Shown here in pieces: positions 25,544 to 32,000 of a stretch of 32,000 nt of DNA (its first letter is position 1; each line of letters opens with the position of its first letter). The stretch comes from Candidatus Saccharimonadota bacterium (lineage in GTDB: Bacteria > Patescibacteriota > Gracilibacteria > UBA1369 > 2-02-FULL-48-14): contig JBAZVE010000001.1 of the NCBI GenBank assembly GCA_041661045.1, positions 180,001-212,000 of the forward strand, in the 5' to 3' direction. A model generated the notes under the pieces. It did no database searches and was not told the DNA's origin. It saw only the letters and a program-made list of their open reading frames with translations. A program made the translations under genes and the position numbers.

Positions 25544-27453
25544 AAAAATTCTTTTTATTCGGAATTGGATTGGTTTTGAGCCTTGCTGCCGGCATGTCGG
25601 TAAGCCGGGCTTTGGTTCCCAATGAAGACGATTTGCTTCAGCAAATTTTTGAGGAGGCGGGCATTGAGATGAGTGAAAAAACGGATGCGAAAGAACTCGA
25701 AAATTTGGCGGCCAACAGTGAAGCGCCTTTTTCTGGGCTCTATCTTTTTATGTTACAAAATATTGTGCAAGGGCCACGGGATGCGGCGGCCGTTGAGATC
25801 GCGGAGCGCTTTAAATACACGGAAGATGAAATCAAAAACATTGTTTTGGAAGGCAGCGTGGAGCCCATCATCGACAAACAGCGAGGAGAAGCTTCGGCGG
25901 TTCAATCCCAAGAAGTGGTGGATCAAATGACGGCAGCCGTCACCCAAGGGGATGCGGATTTTGAGACCTTTCTTTCCAGCAATAGTTTTAGCCCCGTCAC
26001 CGAATCTTATCTCCGTTGGCATTATCAAACCTATGAACGCCCCCCCCTTCCCTCCGAAATCGGTACCGTGCTCAGCAATGATTTTGTGCTCAAAGAATTC
26101 ACCGCCATTGGCGATGCTTATGATGATGAGCTTCAATTTCAGGAAGACAACCGGCGCTTGGCTTACGAAACCTTGGCCAGCGAAATGTTCTTCAATAATG
26201 ATTTGGGCGATTCCGCCAATATCGACATTTTGTACGATTTGGATTTGATCCATTATCTTTTGTTTGGCGACTTCATCACCTACCCCGATCGCAGCGGAGG
26301 TTCTGTGGATTTGGCTTCGGAGGAAGCGCTTCAACTTTTCCCAGAGCCGAGCGCAGAGGGCTCTGAGGAAGAAGCCGTGGTGGTTTTGGCGGAAGAGCCG
26401 GCAGAAGCTCCGTTCAATCCCTATGCGTGTTATGCCGATGAAGGCCTCACGGAGGCACTCGATTCCTTCGCTACCAATCCCCCGGATCTTGGTTCAGCGC
26501 TCCCGGAGCCTGAAAATTCTTTTAATTATGAGATTCCCGGACGAGATGGCACGGGCGGCGAGGATGGCAGTGGCGGCAGTGCCGGCACACTTGATGGCGC
26601 AACCGATGGCGAGGCGGGTGGGTCCGGTGGCAGTGGCGGAACGGAGAATCCTTATGCTGTGGATATTGGCGCGGCCTTTGAAGCTTTGGATGCTTTCCTC
26701 CTCTCTTTGGAGATGAAGCCGGGAGATTGGATGCGCACGCTGCCCTGCAGTGGAGTTTTTTGTATCGAAATTAAATTCATCCCCGAAACCAACGACCCCG
26801 AAGTGGATACGGAGCGCATGCAGGCGGATGATTTTGAGCCGACTGAGAACTGCGTCGCGTGCCATACCGCTTATATAAAAGAACGGCTCACCGAAACCAT
26901 GAGCAAGAGCTTGGTGCCCAGCAAAATCACTAAGAATTGGTTTGAAGATGCCACTTGCAAGGATGCCGGCTATCACATCAATTTGGACCTCAATGTGTAT
27001 GCCATTAAAAAGCCCATAGACTTGGATACCGGAGACACACTGGACGACAAAGCCGGTGAAGAAATCGATGAATTTAAAACCCAACTTTTTGGAATTGCGG
27101 GCATCCCTCTTCCGGATGGCTCAGGTGGAATTTTGGGCAAGAGCAAGAGTGAATCGGAATGTGAGAGCCTTTTGAATATTGGAAAAATGGTGGGGACGGA
27201 ACGCAAGATCGACGAACTTTTGGGAAGTTGCCAGAAGGCTGCCGACAGTAATGTGGCCGAGCTGCAAGAAGTTTTTGATGAATTCGTTTATAATATTCAT
27301 TCTCAAACTACCAGTGATTTGTTCTCTCAAGTTTCCAGCGAGCTCTACAGCATGCTTCTCTATTTCCAAAACTTTCAGGGAAGCTTGGAAGCCACCTACC
27401 TCACTGAACAAGCCCCTCTTTCCGTTCTCATTAATAAAGAATACTGCCAATGA
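25540..27453 (+). CDS. secreted hypothetical protein P3 (637 aa) with Gly/Asp-rich linker and Cys-rich module
   Basis: The ATG at 25540 overlaps the P2 stop (ATGA). Signal MKKFFLFGIGLVLSLAAGMSVSRA. Low-complexity GRDGTGGEDGSGGSAGTLDGATDGEAGGSGGSGG (~26540-26650). Then LPCSGVFCIEIKF...ENCVACH...ATCKD. Ends ...NKEYCQ. Confidence 0.8.
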   Translation: MKKFFLFGIGLVLSLAAGMSVSRALVPNEDDLLQQIFEEAGIEMSEKTDAKELENLAANSEAPFSGLYLFMLQNIVQGPRDAAAVEIAERFKYTEDEIKNIVLEGSVEPIIDKQRGEASAVQSQEVVDQMTAAVTQGDADFETFLSSNSFSPVTESYLRWHYQTYERPPLPSEIGTVLSNDFVLKEFTAIGDAYDDELQFQEDNRRLAYETLASEMFFNNDLGDSANIDILYDLDLIHYLLFGDFITYPDRSGGSVDLASEEALQLFPEPSAEGSEEEAVVVLAEEPAEAPFNPYACYADEGLTEALDSFATNPPDLGSALPEPENSFNYEIPGRDGTGGEDGSGGSAGTLDGATDGEAGGSGGSGGTENPYAVDIGAAFEALDAFLLSLEMKPGDWMRTLPCSGVFCIEIKFIPETNDPEVDTERMQADDFEPTENCVACHTAYIKERLTETMSKSLVPSKITKNWFEDATCKDAGYHINLDLNVYAIKKPIDLDTGDTLDDKAGEEIDEFKTQLFGIAGIPLPDGSGGILGKSKSESECESLLNIGKMVGTERKIDELLGSCQKAADSNVAELQEVFDEFVYNIHSQTTSDLFSQVSSELYSMLLYFQNFQGSLEATYLTEQAPLSVLINKEYCQ

Positions 27454-28547
27454 GATTTCCTACTAAAATTCTTTTTTCATTTTTCCTCCTCGCTGGGCTT
27501 GGGCTCTCCGCTGCCGCTGTGCCCGCTCAAGCTCTGGAGATTCCAGAAGGTCTGGAAAGTTTGGCGGAGCCCCTTTGTCCGGGGGCTTGGGCGGACTACT
27601 ATGGCTTTGTGCTGACCGTTCGCAATGAAGATACGCGTCAACAAACCTTCAAAGATTTGTTCACCGTCGGGTACTGTCAACTGTATGATATTTTGGCCTT
27701 GGAAGAGGAGTTGGACAATACCCGTGAGCGCTTCCGTGCCGCGGCTTTTGCCTGCCAAGATACCCAAGCGTACAAAATCGACTACCACCGCATTCTTATG
27801 GAGCAACATTTCATTAGAAACATCCAAAATGAGCCCTCGGATGTGATCAATGTAAAAGATGCGGAACTTTATGAGGAGCTTAAAGAAGAACGACTGAGTG
27901 CCTTGCAAAGCGAGATGCTCGATGCTTTTGTTGTGGAGGAGAAATGGTTGACTGAAGGAGATTTCGAAGATCTTTTTGCGAGCTGGACGGAAAAGTACGA
28001 TGACCGCATTGGAGATTATAGCCAATGTGAAGAAGGTTCCTGGTCTCAGATCCGTGAAACTGTTGAAGAATTTCAAGAAACGATTGATGAACTTCAAGTC
28101 GATGTTAAAAAGAGAGAAAATCTTAATTTTAAAGATAATTTTTCCCTCAGCACCAGCGATTTGGAAAAAGAATTTGAAAACTTAAGATCCACCGGGGACA
28201 GCGCCCTGCACGGTTGGGAGTACTACAAGAACCTCGTGAGTCTTGAAAAAATTGAAGTGGATCCTGCGGCAACGGTGAGTGACCTCACAAGTTCCGGAGA
28301 TGTCTTTACCTTTGGCTCTGCTCTCGACCTTTTGCAAGAAGATATTATAAGGCAAGAGATTGAGGCGCAGCAGGCGGAGCGAAAAGCTCGTTATGCTTTG
28401 CTTTATGGAGAAGGGGGTGCGGCGGCCGCCACGGATATGCAGGCCATTTTGGATGCACTCAACCAAAGCATCGCCGCCTCCAATACCAAAGACCTCCCCG
28501 CTATTTTGGATCGAGTCGCTAAGATCTACGATATGCAGTGCAACTAA
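27450..28547 (+). CDS. secreted hypothetical protein P4 (365 aa)
   Basis: The ATG at 27450 overlaps the P3 stop (ATGA). Signal MRFPTKILFSFFLLAGLGLSAAAVPAQA. Acidic and helical-looking. Ends ...KIYDMQCN. Confidence 0.8.
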   Translation: MRFPTKILFSFFLLAGLGLSAAAVPAQALEIPEGLESLAEPLCPGAWADYYGFVLTVRNEDTRQQTFKDLFTVGYCQLYDILALEEELDNTRERFRAAAFACQDTQAYKIDYHRILMEQHFIRNIQNEPSDVINVKDAELYEELKEERLSALQSEMLDAFVVEEKWLTEGDFEDLFASWTEKYDDRIGDYSQCEEGSWSQIRETVEEFQETIDELQVDVKKRENLNFKDNFSLSTSDLEKEFENLRSTGDSALHGWEYYKNLVSLEKIEVDPAATVSDLTSSGDVFTFGSALDLLQEDIIRQEIEAQQAERKARYALLYGEGGAAAATDMQAILDALNQSIAASNTKDLPAILDRVAKIYDMQCN

Positions 28548-28576
28548 CGAGATAAGAGTGAGAATACGGTGTGTTT

Positions 28577-28600
28577 GCCGGGATTCAGTGCCGGTTTTTT
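28577..28600 (+). terminator. weak terminator candidate after the cassette
   Basis: A short stem (CCGG at 28578-28581 pairing with CCGG at 28591-28594) is followed by TTTTTT (28595-28600). The stem is only 4-5 bp. Confidence 0.3.
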
Positions 28601-28741
28601 CTTTGCTTTTGCTTGCAGTTCCACCGATTCCCGTGCGAGGTTTAAGTCGACCATGCAGTAAGGACACAAGTCCTTACGAAGAGAAATCAATTTACCACAG
28701 GAGAAACAGTTGAAGAGCATGGCGGGGGGAGAAGGGGAGAA

Positions 28742-28912
28742 TTAATTGGTCTGGCTTTGGAGGAAATCGTTCAGGTCTTCTTCACTGATTCTGTACACTC
28801 GTCCAAACTTCACGCTTTTGAGTTTCTTGCTCCGTATGAACTTCAATACGGTCAAGTGGTGGAGCTGTAGGGCTTCCGCGACTTCTTCGGGGGTGAGGAG
28901 CCGCTTGATCAT
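28742..28912 (-). CDS. excisionase-family helix-turn-helix DNA-binding protein (56 aa; below the ORF-track size cut-off)
   Basis: Manual translation of the minus strand gives MIKRLLTPEEVAEALQLHHLTVLKFIRSKKLKSVKFGRVYRISEEDLNDFLQSQTN*. This fits the excisionase/MerR-like HTH_17 pattern (LT.eEvAe.L......v...i...kl...k.Gr.yRi..edl..fl). Confidence 0.7.
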   Translation of the reverse strand: MIKRLLTPEEVAEALQLHHLTVLKFIRSKKLKSVKFGRVYRISEEDLNDFLQSQTN

Positions 28913-29040
28913 TCGACTTAATTAAACTTAACTTAGGCATACTTTATGCTCTCTAGTTTAGCTTTGCAATGTTTTTGTGTAATTTTGCTAATTTTATATT
29001 GATAAGTTTAATATAGTGATGGTTTATACTATTTTGTTCT

Positions 29041-29084
29041 GTTTTAGTTGGTTTTATTTAATTCTATTTAATTTTGTTTAATTA
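29041..29084. repeat. 10-bp phased AT-rich direct repeats (iteron-like) in the divergent intergenic region
   Basis: gttttagttg / gttttattta / attctattta / attttgttta. Within these are three exact-phase units T[AG]TTTAATT[CTA] at 29055-29064, 29065-29074 and 29075-29084. The region is flanked by near-identical 14-mers TTAATTAAaCTTAA (28918-28931) and TTAATTAAgCTTAA (29078-29091). Confidence 0.5.
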
Positions 29085-29139
29085 AGCTTAAGCCTCTGTG
29101 GCCGACCTATAGAATCATCGTCACCCCCCTTGCATAAAA

Positions 29140-29469
29140 ATGGCTTTTGGGTACAATCCCCTCCTATCTATAAAAAATAAGCCTATGCCTAACACTCCCC
29201 CCACCCCCGAAGACGACCGTGCTTATGTTGCGGCGGTCAGAGCAGCACTGCTCACTGCAATGAGAAGGACTGAAGCTAGCTTCTCTACTCTTGCTGCCAA
29301 CCCATCAGATATGGATGCCTTGCTTACGATGCACACAGCAGTGAGGGCTGCCTTAGATTCAGGGGATTTCAATACCTTGTGTGGTTTTGTGAGTCCAAAT
29401 AGTAATTTCACTGACTGCGGCAGCCTTCAACTTTATCTTGATGCATTGAGAGATACGGGGCGGGTCTGA
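29140..29469 (+). CDS. hypothetical protein (109 aa), orphan
   Basis: ATG-initiated ORF divergent from the HTH gene, Ala-rich and helical-looking, with no recognisable family. Its 3' end overlaps the convergent membrane-protein gene by 37 nt. A possible TTAAGC-N16-TAGAAT promoter lies at 29088-29115. Confidence 0.4.
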   Translation: MAFGYNPLLSIKNKPMPNTPPTPEDDRAYVAAVRAALLTAMRRTEASFSTLAANPSDMDALLTMHTAVRAALDSGDFNTLCGFVSPNSNFTDCGSLQLYLDALRDTGRV

Positions 29470-30671
29470 AATCTCTTTGCTCTAAAATACACCAGCCAAT
29501 AGCTCGCTATAATGGCGCCCACTCCAATCAAGAGGGTTTTTTCTTCGGAGGTAAAAAGCAGGAGCACGCAAAGAAAACCAATCGCCAGGGTTCTTCCCAC
29601 CCAAATCAGAATATCTCGGTAAACCAAGCCCGGATAAAAAGAATGATCCCCGGTGAGCCTGTCCATGGTTTGCAAATCAATAACATGTTCGGACACTCGG
29701 TAAATGGGAGACACCACGGTGAGTACAAGGGAGAAGACGATGAAAAATGCGGGAGAACGATCCCAGAAAAAGAGCAGACCAAAGCTCAATGAAAGCAACA
29801 GCACGGCGTAAAAAAGAATCGTCACTCGGTTTCCCTCATGCCTTTTATGCGACAAAAAAAGCAGGGTTAAAATAGAAACTCCGCCCACCACGGTCTGTAA
29901 AACCCCGATGTTGAGTACGGTTTTTAAGGAGAGCAAAGACAGTGCCGGGATCAGAGTGCTCCGAAAACCCCACGGGAGCCCGCCGGCAAGAATATAGGCG
30001 CGAATCGGCCTCAAGTTGGGCGCAAAGAAAAGCCTTTTCCATTCTCTGTGCGGAATCCGCTTGGGCGTGTATTCGGGCAGTTTAAATAAAAAGGGAAATG
30101 AGCAGAGGTAAACAAAGGGCAGAAGCCAAAATAGAATTTCAAACGACTCCAAATGGAAAACATACTCCGACAGATAGAAACTCGCCGTCGCGATCAAGGG
30201 CGATAGAATCGAAAAAATCTGCGTGCCTAAGCTAACCATGGAAGAATAAAAGTCCCGATTTTTATCGGTGGTGGTCAACATTTCGTAACTGTGCACGCCC
30301 ACCCAAAACATACCAAGCCCCAGCCCGTTGAAAGCTGCAAACAAAAGGAGGTGACTGAAGTCTCGTGGGAAAAAGAGGAGCAATAAAAAGGAAACCGTAT
30401 AAATAGTGAAGGCGCGTAAATAGTTGTAGCGAAGCGAGATCTGCCGCTGCGCCACCATGTATCCCCACCCCGAAAATCCCAAAGCCACAAAAAAGAAGAA
30501 GACTAGGTTGTAAAGCGCCAAGCTGAATAAAGATTGAGTGAGCTCGAATACAAAAATATTTATAAAAAGCCCGACAATGATTTGAGAGAACTCGTAGATC
30601 CAATACAAATACACCATCGCCCGAGTGGAATCGGGTAAGACGCGAAAACGATGAAGAGTTTTAGTGAGCAT
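29433..30671 (-). CDS. polytopic membrane protein, MFS-like transporter (412 aa)
   Basis: About 12 hydrophobic segments split by a basic central loop (KLPEYTPKRIPHREWKR). The start was moved to ATG 30671 (MLTKTLHRF...) because the track's upstream extension (to 30818) runs through the 3' end of uvrA. Confidence 0.65.
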   Translation of the reverse strand: MLTKTLHRFRVLPDSTRAMVYLYWIYEFSQIIVGLFINIFVFELTQSLFSLALYNLVFFFFVALGFSGWGYMVAQRQISLRYNYLRAFTIYTVSFLLLLFFPRDFSHLLLFAAFNGLGLGMFWVGVHSYEMLTTTDKNRDFYSSMVSLGTQIFSILSPLIATASFYLSEYVFHLESFEILFWLLPFVYLCSFPFLFKLPEYTPKRIPHREWKRLFFAPNLRPIRAYILAGGLPWGFRSTLIPALSLLSLKTVLNIGVLQTVVGGVSILTLLFLSHKRHEGNRVTILFYAVLLLSLSFGLLFFWDRSPAFFIVFSLVLTVVSPIYRVSEHVIDLQTMDRLTGDHSFYPGLVYRDILIWVGRTLAIGFLCVLLLFTSEEKTLLIGVGAIIASYWLVYFRAKRFQTRPVSLNASR

Positions 30672-30679
30672 GCTTTCCT

Positions 30680-32000
30680 TTAAATCCCCATCTTCTTGAG
30701 CCATTTGCCGGTGTAGGAGCTTTTGTGTTTGGCGACTTCTTCGGGAGTTCCGCAGGCCACCACCTCTCCTCCCCCATTTCCGCCATCCGGACCCATATCG
30801 ATCACATGATCGGAGCATTTAATAAGATCGAGGTTGTGTTCAATCACAATCACGGTGTTCCCGGTGTCCACGAGTTGCTGCAGCACTTCCACCAGTTTTT
30901 TAACATCATCAAAATGCAGACCGGTGGTGGGTTCATCCAAGATATAGAGTGTTTTTCCCGTGGAGCGCTTGGAAAGTTCAGTGGAGAGTTTGATCCGTTG
31001 CGCCTCTCCCCCGGAAAGGGTGGTTGCGGACTGGCCCAAGTGGATATAACCCAAGCCTACTTTTGAAAGCGTTTCCAGTTTGGTCTTAATGGCGGGGATG
31101 GCATCGAAAAATTCTAAACACTCATCCACTGTCATGTCCAAAACATCCGCGATGTTTTTGCCGCGGTAGGACACTTCCAAAGCTTCACGATTGTAACGAC
31201 GGCCCTTGCAGGATTCGCAGGGCACATAAATGTCCGCCAAAAAGTGCATCTCAATTTTCTTGAGCCCGTCTCCTTCACACACTTCACAACGGCCTCCCTT
31301 CACATTAAAAGAGAATCGGCCCGCCTTGTATCCACGAAGGCGCGCTTCTCCGGTTTGTGCAAAGAGCTCACGAATTTCCGTGAAGACTCCGGTGTAGGTT
31401 GCGGGATTGGAGCGAGGGGTGCGGCCAATGGGAGACTGATCAATGTTGATGATTTTATCGAGTTGTTCAATCCCACGAATTTCACGGTGAGCTCCGGCCA
31501 AAGCCTTGTTTCTATTGATCACCGCCGCCACTTTTTTAACCAAGATTTCATTCACCAAAGTGGATTTTCCGGACCCGGAAACTCCCGTCACGGTTGTGAA
31601 AGTTCCCAGGGGGAATTTTACATCGATGTTTTTTAAATTGTGTTCGCTGGCTCCAAGAATTTCCAATGATTTTCCGTTTCCTTTTCTGCGTGTTTTTGGG
31701 AGTGGAATTTCTTTTTTCCCGGAAAGATATTGCCCCGTCATGGAATTTTTGTTGGCCATGATTTCTTTTGGGGTTCCGGCGGCCACCACTTCTCCTCCGT
31801 GCTTCCCTGCCCCCGGTCCAATATCCAAAATATAATCGGCACTCAGCATGGTATCAATATCATGTTCCACCACAATCACGGTGTTTCCGATGTCCCTTAA
31901 AGTGATGAGTGTTTGGATGAGTTTTTCGTTGTCGTTTTGGTGAAGTCCAATGGAAGGTTCATCGAGTACATAGAGCACTCCCACCAAGCGGGATCCAATT
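30680..32000 (-). CDS. uvrA: excinuclease ABC subunit A, C-terminal part (partial; continues beyond window)
   Basis: [25 protein letters not shown], the zinc-finger CEVCEGDG...CESCKGRRY, the second ABC signature [23 protein letters not shown] and VIVIEHNLD are all diagnostic of UvrA. The frame remains open to nt 32000. Confidence 0.95.
   Translation of the reverse strand, partial: IGSRLVGVLYVLDEPSIGLHQNDNEKLIQTLITLRDIGNTVIVVEHDIDTMLSADYILDIGPGAGKHGGEVVAAGTPKEIMANKNSMTGQYLSGKKEIPLPKTRRKGNGKSLEILGASEHNLKNIDVKFPLGTFTTVTGVSGSGKSTLVNEILVKKVAAVINRNKALAGAHREIRGIEQLDKIINIDQSPIGRTPRSNPATYTGVFTEIRELFAQTGEARLRGYKAGRFSFNVKGGRCEVCEGDGLKKIEMHFLADIYVPCESCKGRRYNREALEVSYRGKNIADVLDMTVDECLEFFDAIPAIKTKLETLSKVGLGYIHLGQSATTLSGGEAQRIKLSTELSKRSTGKTLYILDEPTTGLHFDDVKKLVEVLQQLVDTGNTVIVIEHNLDLIKCSDHVIDMGPDGGNGGGEVVACGTPEEVAKHKSSYTGKWLKKMGI

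Noticed and set aside
24315-27453. Alternative genetic code with UGA recoded (as in some candidate phyla)
   Set aside because: TGA sits at four ATGA junctions exactly where the next signal-peptide-bearing protein begins. The giant ORF and the housekeeping genes read through cleanly with the standard code.
28600-28700. Possible tRNA or att site next to the excisionase-like gene (perfect hairpin gtaaggac-acaa-gtccttac at 28658-28677)
   Set aside because: An 8-bp stem with a 4-nt loop is not an anticodon arm. No T-arm (GGTTCGAATCC-like) or acceptor pairing could be found on either strand. It is probably just a stem-loop or terminator for the minus-strand HTH gene.
29041-29084. Short direct repeats as a CRISPR array
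   Set aside because: The units are only 10 bp, contiguous without spacers, and AT-rich. There are no cas genes. This is consistent with phased A/T tracts or protein-binding iterons, not CRISPR.
30672-30818. Upstream extension of the membrane-protein ORF ([21 protein letters not shown]...)
   Set aside because: It overlaps the well-conserved 3' end of uvrA in another frame and is Arg/Gly-rich nonsense. The ATG at 30671 starts just before the first TM segment, 8 nt after the uvrA stop.

Overview
Bacterial chromosomal fragment using the standard genetic code (TGA acts as a stop), with almost no Shine-Dalgarno motifs. Domain content hints at an uncultivated, possibly CPR/Peregrinibacteria-like lineage, but that is inference only. 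Left end: a possible rplA tail, a densely structured L10-leader-like RNA, then rplJ and rplL. The usual rpoB/rpoC continuation is absent; in its place are a minus-strand secreted protein and a hicA/hicB-like toxin-antitoxin pair with a consensus promoter and palindromic operators. Next come a near-consensus promoter, a 19-codon His-rich leader ORF and mutually exclusive antiterminator/terminator hairpins. These sit in front of a radical-SAM-like enzyme with a non-canonical CX8CX2C motif. Centre: a type IV pilus-like operon (PilN-like, PilO-like, PilB/GspE ATPase, PilC/GspF platform, and a pilin with its own promoter and a strong terminator). It is followed directly by an uninterrupted 15.1-kb gene for a 5047-aa mosaic surface protein carrying Ca-binding TSP3-like repeats, Ig-like/PKD/FG-GAP modules, two separate triple-SLH anchors, a Cys-rich hydrophobic core and an LP-rich segment. 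Four secreted proteins of no recognisable family follow. All four are joined by ATGA stop/start overlaps, and each ends with a Cys 2-4 residues from the C-terminus. Right end: a 56-aa excisionase-family HTH gene missing from the ORF track, an AT-rich iteron-like intergenic region, an orphan ORF, an MFS-like membrane protein and the 3' part of uvrA. The best candidate for undescribed biology is the pilus machine + giant SLH protein + four-gene Cys-capped cassette block. The His-leader attenuator with the atypical radical-SAM gene is second. Note that the ORF track translates alternative start codons as M, so several starts were re-evaluated.
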